Assembly: GCA_028534125.1 (NCBI GenBank)
Contig: CM052832.1
Coordinates: 24,740,001-24,804,000 of the forward strand
Reading direction: 5' to 3'
Source of the DNA: Lama glama
Lineage: Eukaryota
Length of the DNA stretch: 64,000 nt
The notes under the pieces were generated by a model, which was not told where the DNA came from, did not search any database, and saw only the letters and a program-made list of their open reading frames with translations. Numbering within the stretch: the stretch's first letter is position 1; every line of letters starts with the position of its first letter. Position numbers and translations under genes: made by a program. Shown here piece by piece: positions 1 to 13,954 of the stretch.

Positions 1-297
1 ACTGGATATTTGAATGTATTAAGGAATTACTGTCCATCTGTGAGATGTGATAACAATAGTGGTTATGTTTTTAAAGAGTCCTACTCTTTCAGAGATGCAG
101 ATCTTTCTAGATGCGATTGAAGTCTTGGATTTGTTTCAGAATAAAGGGGCAGGCAGAGGGAAGGTGTTCAGGGAGCGTTTGGGAGTATATGTCAATGAGA
201 TTGGCCTTAAGGGGATATTTGCTGAGGCTGGGGGTTCACTATACATACAATTGTCTCTATTTTTATATACTATTGAAATATTCCATAATAAAATGCT
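1..297 (+). mobile_element. Old L1 (L1ME-like) 3' end fragment
   Basis: Motifs gggggttcactatac...ttgaaatattccataataaa typical of ancient L1 3' termini. Confidence 0.55.
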
Positions 298-1514
298 AAA
301 GGCAAAACCCTGTTCTCTCATGCTGTGATCATTTGAATACCAGAGCTGCTCTTTCGAAAAGGCATTGCATAGTATCCCCAAAAGACTAAGAATGTCCCCC
401 TTTTAAAACCATTTTTAATCCAAACAAACTCCCAATCTTGTACCAGAATCAAACCACAAATGGTCCTTTTTCATTCTACTCACAGAAAATATGATTAAAA
501 AAAGAACTGAATGGAATCTGAATGCAAAGGAATGGGAATTAAACTGCAGTAAGGACACTCTACGCCAAAGTCAAGATACCCAGTGGACTGAAATCTACAG
601 CTGCACCGGGCAGCCGGCGCGCCCCGGGCCCTGCAGCTGTCTGGACGACAGCCGCCGTTGACGCCATCTAAGCCCGGGTGATGTTTGTGTCTTTTGACCC
701 GTGTACTCTGATATGTCACAAAACTCAGGATAGTTTTGCTCCCTGGTTGAAAGAATGAACTCTTTTGCAATGGATTTTGTCACAGGTTTCCTGAACGAGC
801 ACCATACCCTTAAATGATTTTCTAGAACACAGTAAAAACACCTTTCATGTCTTTGACATGTGTCTGAGGAATTGGGCCGGGTCCCTCCTTATGGACAGCT
901 TGAGGAAGATTCAGTTACATCTTCTGGGTGGTGGTGACTCCAGGCTGCTTACAAAGAACAAGACAGCTTTATCTCTATGCTGGGCAAGCAGAGTAACAGG
1001 GCAATGAAGGCCCAGACTCCAGGAGACACTGACGCAGACACCAGGGTTGAGGACTGAGCCGAGATGTTTTCTGGGACAGGCTGTGGAAAACCAGAGCCAA
1101 GATAAACAGGAACCCGAAAAGTGTGTCAGGACATGGAGCCACCACAGACTGACAAGAAAGCAGCCTCTTCCATCCTCATGACTGGGAGCTCGAAAGGCCT
1201 CGAGGTGGTGGTGTTTCTGTTTACTTTGCAAGTTTGACCTGCCAAGTCGCCAGAACAAAAAAGAAAGGAGACAGATAAGGGTCAGGGAAAAGAAAAGAGG
1301 GCTGAAGACCAGCAAATGCTCGTGAAAGGAAGGGGACTCTGATTCTGCATTTCGGTTTTCTTCTAAACCACTTTCCCATTTCACTTCATCCACCACACTT
1401 CTTCACCAAAACAAGCCTAAATATACCTCTAAATGAAAAAGCAAACTGCTCCTTGAGCTGACACTAGTGAGTAGTCTGAAAAAACAGATAGGAAATTCAA
1501 GTATATAATTCTAC

Positions 1515-2038
1515 ATTTTCCCCAGTTTTACTGGATTATAATGGATATATAACTTTGTATTAGCTTCTAAGATATACCTCACAATGATTTGATATGTGTG
1601 TATATTGCAAAATGATTATCACAGGAAGTTTAGTTAACATCCACCACCTCACATAGTTGCCCATTTTCATTCCTTGTGATAAGAACTTTCATTTCTTGTG
1701 ATAAGATCTACTTTCTCAGCACCTTTCAAATATACAACACAGTTTTATTAACTGTAGTCACCATGCTGTACATTACATCCCCAGAACTTATTTCTCTTGT
1801 AACTGGAAGTTTGTACCTTTACCTTCATCCATTTCTCCCACCCAATGCCCTACCTGTGGAAACCACCAATCTGTTCTCTGTTTCAATGAGTTTGTTTTTT
1901 TAAGATTCCACATATAAGAGATGACATTTATTTTGCCTTTCTCTGTCTGGCTTAGTTCACATAGCATATTGCTCTCAAGGTCCATCCATGTTGTTGCAAA
2001 TGGCAGGATTTCCTTCTTTTTTGTGGCTGAGTAATATT

Positions 2039-2075
<37 letters not shown>

Positions 2076-2145
2076 ACACACCATATCTTCTTTATCCATT
2101 CATCCACTGAAGGACACCTAGGTTATTTCCATTTCTTGGCTAATA
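1515..2145 (-). mobile_element. L1 3' end (ORF2 C-terminus and 3'UTR)
   Basis: Translation EYYSATKKKEILPFATTWMDLESNMLCELSQTEK matches the L1 ORF2 C-terminus. Confidence 0.9.
2041..2072. repeat. (TG)16 microsatellite
   Basis: Direct read. Confidence 0.97.
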
Positions 2146-2149
2146 GCAC

Positions 2150-3600
2150 ATGAATACCATAGCAAAAATCTTAAATAAAATATTAAAACACATAATATAG
2201 CAGCTTATTAAAAATAACATATAACAAACAAGTGGGATTTATTCTGAGAAAGCATAAGGGTGATTCATTATCAGAAAATTCAATAATATAATCCTTTATA
2301 TTAAGAGAGAGAACTAAAGAGAAAGATCATATACTCATCTCCACAGAGGTAGATAAGGCATTTTATAATGTTAACTTTCACTCATGTTGAAGTATTCAAG
2401 AGAATAGAAATTGATGACTCCTTGGATTCTACAATTGAAAACCAAACTTAAGTTACTGTGGTAACACTAAAAACTTTTCAATAACATGAAGAACAATTCA
2501 AGGATGCACATTATCTTTACTACAATTTTACCCTGGCATAGAGGTACTAGCCAAAACAATTAGACAAGAAAAAGCAATTAGAAGGATAAAAATTGAAAAG
2601 GAAGTGGTAAAACTCTCTGCAAGTGACACGATTTTACAAATAAGCAAATTCCAAAGAACCAGTGAAAACTACCTTAACGAGAAAAATTTAATAGTTTCTG
2701 AGTACAAAATTAACATATAAGAACCAATATCCTCCAAAAAAAAAAAACCCAAACCAGTATCTTTCTCATATACTACTTAAAATCAAATATAAGATATAAT
2801 AGGAGAGAAGACACTGTTTTTGACAATAAAAGAACAAAAACAAAAAAACAACCCCAGGCATGAACTTAAACACTCAGAACTTATATGAGGTCAACTTGAT
2901 AACACTGCTGAAGATACAAAAAAAGATGTGAGCAAGTGTAAAGGCACACCATAGTCCTGGGCAGGAAGACTCAATGGCATAAACATGCTAGCTCTCACCA
3001 AGTTAGTTTATAAATTTAATGTATCCCAATAAAGTTACATTAGGGCTTTTCTATAGAACAGGAAAACTCAATTATAAATTCATCTAGAAGGAAAAAAAAA
3101 AAAACAAGAATAGTAGGAAAACCCCAAAATGCAGAACAGGGATGGGGGCTAGACTTTCCAAAAGCAACATATTATGAAGCCTCTATATTAAAACAGTGTG
3201 ATATTGCGATGGAAAATACAGAAATAGACCTAATTACATACATAAATGTAGGATGCAACAAAGGTGGCATCTCAAATCAGAGAAGAAAAGTTGGATTTTT
3301 ATTGGTGGCTCTGGGATAATTGAATGACCATATAGAAAAGCTTACATCTTTTTCACACCATATACCTAGATATAGTCCAAATGAACAAAGATCTGAATGT
3401 AAAAGATGAAACTGTATAGATACTAGAAGCAAATGTGAATAAATTCCTTTATAGCCTGGGGATGGGAAAATTTTCCTTTGCGATGATTTGGAATCTGGAG
3501 CAATTAAAATTATTTCTTATTTCTTAAAAATACAGACTTGCATAGAAAAAAAGATGCCTTTAGTAGAGTAAAATGGAAAATGACAAACTGGGGAACATAT
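2150..3600 (+). mobile_element. Decayed old L1 ORF2 fragments
   Basis: A-rich strand with L1 motifs (caaggatgc..., ggaagactcaat..., acaaaggtggcatctcaaatcag). Confidence 0.75.
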
Positions 3601-4259
3601 CAGCAACTGAAATCACGAAGTATTGTCAATGCCCTCCAGCCAAGCACCACCACACATACACCTGTGGATGAACACGTTAGGATTAAAGCACCTTGTAACA
3701 AAGGACACTATACACTATGGGGCTTTGGTTAGGCAACTTTGGAGAGTGTTCTAGGAACTGGAGCTTTGCTCTGGATTGGAAAAAAAAAGCAAATTTACAT
3801 TAAATATATTAATAAACCTCATCTCTAGGGCGGGAGAAATGAATCAAAGCTAAAACAATAATTGGTTGAGAAGCAGCAGTCACCCATGTGAGCCAATATA
3901 GGAAGATGTGTGCGGCTTTTTGTTTTTTGTTTTGTTTTTTTGTGGCTTACACAGTAACCTTGTTTTTGTCTGTATTTAGACAAGATTCTCAAATGGTGTT
4001 TTGTTTTGTGTTGCTTTGCTTTGTCTGTCACAGTTGCACAGTGGCATTGTCTAATGCTGGTGCTCTAGGAGGTTGTTTATATCCAACAGGGGGACACTGG
4101 GTCCAGCTGTCAGTACCAGGCAAACTCCGGGCAGCACTGAGGTCTGGCTGTGGCAGCCCCCTTCTCCAACATCAGGGGCTACCGTTCTTTCTCTTGGAAC
4201 TAATACCTCTAATATACAAGGAACTTCTAAAAAGAAAGACTAGATTAAAAACCCAATGT

Positions 4260-4468
4260 ACCTGTGCTGTCTAAAACAGCTGCCACTAGGCACATATGAT
4301 TATTTAAATTTAAATTAATTAAAATTAAATACAATAAAAACTTTAGTTCCTCAGTTACACCTGCCACATTTCAAATATTCAGCAACACACGTGATTAGTG
4401 ACTACTATAGCACACAGTGCAGGTATAGAATGCTTCCAGCCCTGTAATTATATTGGACAGCACCGCTA
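4260..4468 (-). mobile_element. MER3-like hAT-Charlie non-autonomous DNA transposon inside old L1
   Basis: Terminal gctgtc...ggacagca inverted ends and internal atttaaatttaaattaatt motif, ~210 bp. Confidence 0.8.
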
Positions 4469-4469
4469 T

Positions 4470-6197
4470 AAACGAAAGTACTCGAGAAATAGAGTTTGCC
4501 GACAAAGAAATGAAATAAGCTTTTAATCTTATGAAACAAGCTTTTAATCTTATGAAATATTGCCCAAACTCATACAAATAGAAATGCACATCAAAATCCC
4601 ACTGGGGACGATTTCCCTCTAAAAGACTGGCAAAAATCTAAAAGCTCGACAGTTTTCTATATTGGTAAAGCTGTGGAAAAACAAGCATCCTTATACCTTG
4701 CTGATGGGGATGCAAAATGGTACAGCCCAGATAGAGGGGAACTTGGCAACATCTCGCAAAATGACATGTGCATTTACTCTTTGACACAGCAACCTCAGAG
4801 AGTCCCACCGAAGATCCCCAGGAAAACATATAAAGATACGTGTACAAGGCTTGTCATTACTGGACTACTTTCAGTATGTAAAGATTGGAAACAAATCTCG
4901 ATCGTTGGGAAACTAGTTAAATAAACCAGGGTACACCCACGTAACGGAGTACTATGCAGCTGAAGAAGTATTGAGAAACATCTCTCTATGCCAGTTTGGA
5001 GTGATCTCCAGGGTATATTTGTAGATTAAAAAAAAAAACAAGTAGAGAGGAGTATGAAGGGTATAACACTGTTCAGCTAAGAAACAGCACACGAATGCAC
5101 ACATGTGCACACACATGCATAGTCTGTTCATATTTAAAAACAAACAATGGAAGGCTAAACATTAAAAATGTCAATGTTATTATAGAAGGGTAAAAGTGTA
5201 GAAGCAAGATTTCTCTGAATAAACATTGTCTTGTTCGTTTGACTCCAGCATGATGTAAGTATTTTACACATAATTACAAAATCTGGAATTAGCTGAACAA
5301 TTTAAAATTGAAAGTAATAATCCCTAAGAACCGAAAATAAAAGGAAAACAATGAACCTGAATGTGTATCTGGATGGTGGCAAAAACCACACAGTAAAAAT
5401 TATTTAGTGATTTTACATACAAGAGTTTGACAATGTGTCCTGGACGGAAGACACTCTAAGAAAAAATAAGATCTTCCAAAGCACACACACAAACAAAACT
5501 CTCTCGAACTGTTTTCAATAACCCTATTGTTGGGGATAGAGCTGATATTATTATGCTGAAACTGTTGGGCGTGTTTTGTGGGATAAAGCAAATGAGTAAT
5601 TATGCTTTATTTCAAATTCTAGCATTTCTGCTGCTTTGAGATTCAAGATTCTCCATGAGGGAAGAAGGAGGTCCAGATGAAGATCAAAGAACTGGACTGG
5701 AATCTGAACTGGAAGTATGCATAAACTCCTGATACATTTCATCTTAAGGTAAGTATATGTTCCAACTTTGTTCACCAAAATAGCCCAGAAATAATGACCA
5801 CCAAGTGGCAGTGAGCAACCTGAGCTCCCAGACTGAGGTTTCCAATAGCATCTCCCACTTAAGAGTGCGCTGATTGTTGGTGTGGGGCGGGAAATGCGTA
5901 AGAGCCGCTGGAAGCTTCTTGTCTACCAGACAGTAAGGAAGGTATCAAAGAGTCACCTCAAATGATTCAGGAGCCAACCAAAGGAGGCTCCCACTGGCCA
6001 AAGATGGGACAATTTAACCATCAAAAATGACAACAGCAATGGATTGAAACACATCAAATATGTTCTTAATCCATAAGTTTATAATGGTAACAAACAAACA
6101 AGAACCTAACCAATCATCACTGGAAGATACAAGGAAACAAATAATCTTATTTTGTAACCTGGTTAAGCACTAGTCCAGTCATTCCCAAGGAACCGTG
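4470..6197 (+). mobile_element. Old L1 (L1MC/ME-like) 3' region, fragmented
   Basis: Motifs gactggcaaaaat..., gatgcaaaatggtacagcc, ggagtgatctccagg typical of old L1 3' regions. Confidence 0.6.
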
Positions 6198-6697
6198 NNN
6201 NNNNNNNNNNNNNNNNNNNNNNNNNNNNNNNNNNNNNNNNNNNNNNNNNNNNNNNNNNNNNNNNNNNNNNNNNNNNNNNNNNNNNNNNNNNNNNNNNNNN
6301 NNNNNNNNNNNNNNNNNNNNNNNNNNNNNNNNNNNNNNNNNNNNNNNNNNNNNNNNNNNNNNNNNNNNNNNNNNNNNNNNNNNNNNNNNNNNNNNNNNNN
6401 NNNNNNNNNNNNNNNNNNNNNNNNNNNNNNNNNNNNNNNNNNNNNNNNNNNNNNNNNNNNNNNNNNNNNNNNNNNNNNNNNNNNNNNNNNNNNNNNNNNN
6501 NNNNNNNNNNNNNNNNNNNNNNNNNNNNNNNNNNNNNNNNNNNNNNNNNNNNNNNNNNNNNNNNNNNNNNNNNNNNNNNNNNNNNNNNNNNNNNNNNNNN
6601 NNNNNNNNNNNNNNNNNNNNNNNNNNNNNNNNNNNNNNNNNNNNNNNNNNNNNNNNNNNNNNNNNNNNNNNNNNNNNNNNNNNNNNNNNNNNNNNNN
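6198..6697. other. Assembly gap (500 N)
   Basis: Run of N. Confidence 1.
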
Positions 6698-9049
6698 ACT
6701 TTCCCACACAGGTTCTCCAGGAATGCTAAAGGGTCCTCCACGTTGTCAATAAATGAATAAACACAAGAAAGAGACACCTCAGGGGTTAAGCACTTCCCTC
6801 CACTCCTCTTCCATACCTGCCGCCCTCTTGGTCAGCACCCCGGGGGCCTTGACCTAAAAACTCCTCTCTCAGAGCTGCCCTCTCCCCTGGGTCAGGCAAG
6901 TTCCAGCACTGCTAGGATCATCCAGTTATTCATTGGCTGACATTCTTGCATAGTTTACATAAAACTTTCCCATTTATTTGGCTAACTCCAGGGAGCACTT
7001 CAAAGTAAGATCTGGTCAACTGCAGAAGAGTGTATTTCTGGAGGATACACAAAGAATATATTAAAACACGTGGCTTCCCAAGTGGTAAGACCAAGCACGC
7101 TTCCCATTTTCAGAAACAGAATTAACTGAATCTGAGAAAAATCTTGGGGAATATTGAGGGCTGGGGATGAGGGTAATTTACCCTGAAGATTGGTGACTTC
7201 AGGTTTGTTAGACAAGTAAAGAAAGTCTGCAGGGAGCCTGGATGAGGCCACCAAAATTGTGGCCTTGCTCTGAACCCAAGACGGTTTACGAGGGGAAAAG
7301 CCATCAGACAGTCCCATCTCAGCAGCTTTTGTTCCATCCATTTCTGAAGAGCCGTATCTTAGGAGCTTATTTGGGAAGACAGGGCAGCGTTTAAAAAGAC
7401 ATATTATTGATTACTTTCTGTTGTTAATTACTCTTCAATATTCACATGCTTTTGAAATAAACACTTCAAAAACTGATGACTAAGAGGCCAAATTTCTAAA
7501 TGGAAGAAAAAGTTGTTCTAGGATCAGACCAAGCACATTTCTTAAGCATTCACTCACTCATTCATTCATTGATTCATCTGTTGAATATTTTTAAAGCACT
7601 CGCTATGTTTCTGATAGTGCTACCAAGTTCTGAGTTACCTACAGGACTTGGCGGCCACTCACAAGAAGAGGCATTGGGTAAGGATGTGCTCAGTTTTACT
7701 TCCATTAAATTAAATTAAAAATCTGTTGTTATTTAAACATTTATATAATTACAGGCAGTCATTATCTGGGTTGTTTTCCAAAGGCCAAGTTTGACTCAGT
7801 GTGCCTTTGATTACTGAGACAAGGCAGTGCAGCAGCATGAAACATCTCTTCAGAACAAAGCACACCAAAGAAACTATTACACAGGAGGGTTAGCTCAGGA
7901 AAAAGGAATGGAGAAATAGCTCGGAGTACAAAGCTCTTTATCTGGGTTTCCAAAGTGCACTGGTTTAACATTTAAAAAGCCTACTTTGGGGAACATTTTC
8001 TCCTGAAGGTTTCTTTCACACATTTACAGTCAGGAAGTACAATGGAACCATGAACATCTCCCACTCTCCGGAGAGGATTTTCCTGCTTTGACTTATGGAT
8101 TAGATTAAAATAGCATTTTGCTTCTCTTCAAGCCTGAAGACAGGATTACATTTGTGTCTGGGTCTTCCGTTTTAAGAAAGTGAATTGTTACCCGGGAGAT
8201 CATGAGACCTGACTTTTAAGCAGGCAGCCCTAACTGCAGCGAGGAGTGACAACTTACGCCCATAAAGTTCCCCGAGGGAAATGAGCACTAGGGCTCTGTA
8301 AATATCAAAACGGTTACCTCCCCCCCTTGCACTGACAAACATTTCAGTGGTTGCTTTTCCTGGTTAGATACAATTGCCTTAAGAGATCTCAATATTTATT
8401 TCTTTACTTATTTCTCTCCTGAGTTTCCCAAACTTTTCATCCCTTAAAAGAAATGGAGAGAGAAAGCGAAATAGATGAGATTTAGACACCTCTCTGGTTT
8501 AATGTATTGACAATCTAAACCCCAATGGAAGATACATCCCCAGTAACTATGCTTCTTAACAAAAATGTCTGAATCATGTTCCCTAATTCGTGAAAATGCT
8601 AGGATTGTATCTACTTCTCTTTAAAGAACTTACAAAACAAAGTAAGCCCATAGACAACTCATTAAAAAAAAAGAATATTGACCACTTAGATTTCTGATAA
8701 TGAAAAAAAAAAGATGTTAACAGTTGGAAAAGTCAGATCATAGCTACAGGGATTTCTTATGTGTGTTTTGTAGGAACAAAGTGTTGTTATTGATGATCCA
8801 GCCTCCTAATTTTGCTGTCATGGAAAGTGAGACTAGAGAAGTAAAGGGACTTTCTTGATGTCACATCACTAGACTTCAGTCTTTCTATTCCTTGCTGCAA
8901 GATACCTCTAACAGAAAACAAAAGAAGGAACTATCTAGAGAATGTCCCAAAATATGAAGTCTTCTTTTAAAATCAGGCCTTAGTTCAAACAGTACCCCTT
9001 CAGAGAGGTCATCTCTCAACAGCTCCTTACTTAGCCTTATCTACCTAAA

Positions 9050-9256
9050 AAGAATGAGCGCTTCCTGAATTTATGGATTTATTACTTTCCAGGGTCTGTC
9101 GCACTGGAATGTAAACTCCAGGAGGGCAGGAGTTCTGTCTGCTTTGTTCACTGTTATATGCTCAGCACCCAGAACAGGTTTTGGCTCCCCAGGTGATCAC
9201 AATAAGTAACTGTTGAATGAATGAATGAATGAATGAATGAATGAAATGAAATGAAA
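9050..9256 (+). mobile_element. L2 3' end with (GAAT)n tail
   Basis: ctggaatgtaaactccaggagggcagg...tgttgaatgaatgaatgaat, the L2 terminus. Confidence 0.85.
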
Positions 9257-10687
9257 TCTGGCTGCCATCAGAGGTGAGAATGGAGGACTTGTGACAGAAG
9301 GAACAAAAAGTAAGATATGAGAAGGCTCTATATGATCATACTGCCGTCAAAAATAAGAGTCAACTGGGTAGACTTTTTGAAAATCTTCATACAAATCCCA
9401 TCCTGCCTCCTTCCTTATGAAGGCTAAGATCCTGAATATTGCAATTCCCCCAACACCCTCAAAACTTTACTCTTAGGGCCAAACTCCTGGCACTTAACTA
9501 ATTAATTAATTGATAGATACTAGATATTTTATATATTAGAATAAAAGGTGCCAGAGGTGTCAGCAAGCAGAAGGCAAAACAATGGACTAGAACTAGATAA
9601 TTCACATCATAAATATTCAGCTCTTGACTGTCCGGAGTTGCTTGAAAATAAATACCGGGATCTCAAGATGCTACCAGTGTTGAGGTCCTTTGCCATGCCT
9701 TCCAAAATAGCCAAAATTCCTGCGTGCTGCTTGTCATCTAGCAGTGACTATAAATATTCAATCTGATTGTACTAAAAAAAAATTCAAGTGATTGAGCATC
9801 TACGCAACAAATCATTACACTCGGCATTTTAGAGGGAGAGAGATGAAAGAGGTTGAGTTCTGATGAAAAACATTGGCTGCTTGATGTATTGACTGCTTGG
9901 CACATTGCCTGCAAGATGCCGGTGGCAGGTAATTTTTTATCTTACAATTGCAGAGCTGGAAGGATAGAGGAGGAGCCCTTTCTGTTGGATTAATAAGGAA
10001 ATCATCAAATCTGAGTTAATAAAGGACAAAGATGTTGACTCTGAAAAAGTTCAATAGGAATAAAGAGACTTCCAGTGACCCAGATGATAAGCATCTTTAA
10101 TCAACAGAAAAGTATGAGAAACAAAAGTAAAACAAAGGTGACGAATAAAGTGGTTCCTTAAAAAGGCAGAAAGGATTTAAAGATTGTTTTATTCACATGA
10201 ATTCTTAAAACTTTCAATGAACCACCTTGATTTTATGTAAAATCAAGAGGGAAAGGAAAAATAGGGAGTTTTTAGATAAAAATAAATGCCAAAGAAAGAT
10301 GACGCTTTAGAAAAATGAAGACAACAGAACGTCATCAGAAAGCCCATTGAGAGGAAATTCAGCAAAGGAGCTGGAAACAGAGTGTTCGGCATCCAGCAGG
10401 AAAGGGCCCAGAAAAAGAGGAGGAAAAGGAAATTTATCATAATAGAAACTGAGACAAGTTTTGACAGCTTTAAAGGCATTGTTGGCTTGAGTTTCTAGCA
10501 TTTGCTGGTTGAATTAGGTACAAGTGGCTCCACACGTAGCAAAAGCCAACTTGTAATCAGAAGACAATTCTGTGACAGAACAAACAATGTACCTTGGCGA
10601 CAGCATAACAGACACCTGCCGCGAGTTTGCTGTTGGATACAACCCTCTAAGAGGACTCCTGACCCATCCCTAACAGCATGGGGCCAG

Positions 10688-11551
10688 TGTATTCATCAGG
10701 ATGCTTTCGACAGTAGGTGATAGGAAAACCAAATAAAGCAGCTTTAACAACAAGGAAAAAAATACATTCCATCGCGCTGCGGTTAAGTCAGGAGGTGGTC
10801 GGGGTGGGCTGGGGTGGGCTGGGTCTCCAGGATCAATGAACTCAGCAGCTCAGTGCTGTCACGATGACCCAGATTCTCTCCATCTGTCTGACGGGCCATT
10901 GTCTGCATGTGCGCTAGCTCCCCTCCTTTCTGCAAGATTGTAGTAACAACTCCAGGCATCACATCCTCACACAATACTGAAAGCCACAAAAGAGGGCACA
11001 TGAGCCCCCCGAAGTCCCTTTCTAAAGAAGACAGAACTCATGCAGAAGCTTCCAGACCTTCACATCTTAGATTGGTAAGAATTATGTCAAATGCCTCAGT
11101 GTTTTCCTTTCTCTGTCTGGCTTATTTCACTTAGCATACTGTCCTCAAGGCCCATCCACTTTGTCACAAAAGGCAGGATTATTTCTTTCTTACAGCTGAC
11201 TACTATTCTGATGTATATGTATCACATCTTTTTTATCCATGCATCTGTTGATGAACACTTAGGTTGTTTCCATGTCTTGGCTATCATAAATAATGCTGCA
11301 ATGAATGTGGAGATGTAATATCTCTTTGACATAGTGTTTTCATTTTCAAATGCCATTCTTAGACCAACCCATGACAAGAGAAATTGGATTACCAGTTGGT
11401 TTAGATTAATCAAGATATATCTCCAAGAGAGGCTGGGAGGGTCCAGCCTCCCCTAAACCAACAGATACCTGAATAAGGTCAGGGTTTAATTAGCAAGGAA
11501 GAAAGGTATGGGAGGAAGGCTGCTGGGTAGGCAACAATGGTGTCTGCCACA
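10688..11551. mobile_element. Old MaLR LTR (MLT1J/K/L-like) interrupted by an L1 fragment
   Basis: Begins tgtattcatcaggat, ends ggtgtctgccaca, like old MLT1 termini; subfamily uncertain. Confidence 0.55.
11096..11345 (-). mobile_element. Internal L1 ORF2 C-terminal fragment flanked by 9-bp direct repeat
   Basis: Translation FIAALFMIAKTWKQPKCSSTDAWIKKM; tcaaatgcc at 11087-11095 and 11346-11354. Confidence 0.85.
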
Positions 11552-12789
11552 AACTCTCTCTCTTAATTGACACACAATAATAGTCATTCTTTGTGGTATA
11601 CAGTTCTATGGGTTTTGACAAATGCAGAGTTGTATAATTCTACCACTACCACCATTGCAATTAAGATACAGAAAAGTGTGTTATGAAAGTGGGTGGATCA
11701 ATCAGCAGAGACTTGTTATGGTATAAACAAACAAGAGACAGGAATCATGGTTCTTACATCCTTTGCCCTTTATGAACACACTTCCAGGAGGATGACCAGG
11801 CACTGTGTAAGTGTAATATAGGAAGGCACAAATAGCATGTTATGCGGGTTTAAAGAAGGGAGAGACTCCTATCCTGGGCTATCACCTATCTTGTCCTTGT
11901 GACTATTTATGGTTCCCAGGACACCTTGCTGTGGTAAGGCCATCTCTGATTGCTGCTCCGTGGTTGACCTGATGATTTACTTTGCTTCCCAGTGCTCACA
12001 ACCCTTGCTTCCTTTTCCCCATCCTTCTTGTCATCCCCCCGTTAGCCAGTTGGCATAGTTCAGGTCCTCTGTCCAGATCAGGATCTATTTTCAGTCTAAA
12101 GAGGGAGGCTGGGTCTGCAGAGGGCCTCATTCCAGAGAGAGATGGCTGGCTCCAGGATGGCACATGCTCACTGGGGTCTGCCTTTTCATCTTCATTATGG
12201 CAGGTAGATGATGCTGACAAACTATTTTCAGAGACAGGCATGGTCTCTGTGATGACTTTGAACATAATAAATAATACAGTAAAATGAAATAATGATTATA
12301 GTAAGGACAGCAAACATAGTAGCTAGCTGACAAACCAAAACACTGCCCAGCAAGAGCAGCTTTTCAGCCCCGTTCAACAATACTTACAGTGTTCAGAGTC
12401 CCGTGAATGAGCCCAACTGTGGCTAAAACCACAGTCGTCTAGCCCGAGTTGCTTTCATCCAGAGAGCTGGCGCCAATGCTTGTCTTCACTGCCCAGGGCT
12501 AGTGCTTGCCCGTGTAGTGCCTTTGTGCAAAGTAGAAAAAGTCTCCCCTTCCCATGCAACTCTATATCCATCTATTAGGAAAACATTGTCATATGCAGTA
12601 AAACTGTAATCAATGCACAGATCCTTGGGGTATGAGCTTTGAGTGGTACCCCTTAGGTTACAACCAGCACGGCCATAAACAGTAGGCTTGGGACCCACTT
12701 GTTTGGAGCATAAGTCTGTTGTCTCAGAAATGTAGCAGGTCCAGATCAGTGGTTTGAAGGATACCTGGCAGTTTTTCAACGTATTCATT

Positions 12790-12965
12790 CGGCACTGACG
12801 AATTGGTTACTATATTCTAGATGCTAAGTGCGATATGAGCATTATCTCATTTAATCTTTGCAGAGTAACTGTGAACAGGCATGATTTTTATCCCTACTTC
12901 ACAGATGAGGAAATCAAAGTTATTGCTTGCCTTAATTCACATCATTAGTAAGTGACAGAGCTTAG
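12790..12965 (-). mobile_element. MIR SINE
   Basis: Core attatctcatttaatctt...acagatgaggaaa. Confidence 0.75.
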
Positions 12966-13954
12966 CCAGCATCTTGACGGAGCTGATACTAAAGTTCCCA
13001 CTCTGCTTCTGAATACATATATTTACCTATAACAATTCTGTTGGAATTGATGTTGGTCATTCTTAGAGATATTCATATTATTGAATTTCTTTAATACAGT
13101 TTTGTTGGATTTCTCAGGGTAAAAAAAGAGGGGACCCTGTAATACTTAAGGTGTGGCAGAAGATGAGGACATAAACATATTAAAACTACAACTATTAAGG
13201 GGGGAAAATCTATCTTTTCAGACAAAATGACTGAAGACAAGTAACTGTTTCAGCAGGAGGCGTGACCTGCACGGTGCTTCTGCGCCGCCTGTTTGAGCGG
13301 GGACATCTGTGACTGTGCCCACTCAGGAGGATTAGTTTTCCAAACTGGAAGCTTGTTGGCAAAGATTCAAGCGTGAGAGCCCGAGCTTTCACAGCGATAA
13401 TCCTTTTGATCTTGGGAGAGATGAGGTGGCGGCTTCCTCCTGAGTACATTCCAAAGAGGAATTCAGTGGCCGGAGACCAGGTTTTCCTTTCCTCTTGGTT
13501 TCTGTAGTCATGACAGCATAGCTTTGGGGCCAAGAAAACCCTCTTGCTGAAGTCCTGCTATCTTGCCGCCTTCTCTGAGAAAGCTGATCGAAGTGAATGA
13601 GGAATGAAAAATTTCGCCCAACAGCTTCTTATTTGGTTTCCTTACACGAAGGATTCTTAATTTAACTTATTTCCTCTTCCTAATTAGATTTAGCAATTAG
13701 GGTTGCCCATTAACCTAGAATTTTCCTATAAGAGTTTCACCCTCCACCGTGCCCGCCTGCTTCATAGCACCACAGCTGTGTAATTGCAGTTAAATTCACA
13801 TCTCCTCTTCAAAGCAGATATACATAGCCAGATCCAGGTGGCTGGCTCTCCCATCCAGTTGGATTCAAGAAACACGTGCAAAGCACTTTGCCAGCCACTC
13901 TGAGGTGATGGAAAGATGAGGAGGGCCGTCTGGGACCTCTAGGCTCCCAGGAGT

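Noticed and set aside
4510..4559. 21-bp tandem duplication (similar short ones near 48415, 59685 and 63158)
   Set aside because: Two-copy slippage duplications; no spacer-repeat array and no functional context
6147..6777. 176-204 aa ORFs
   Set aside because: Artefacts of translating through the N gap
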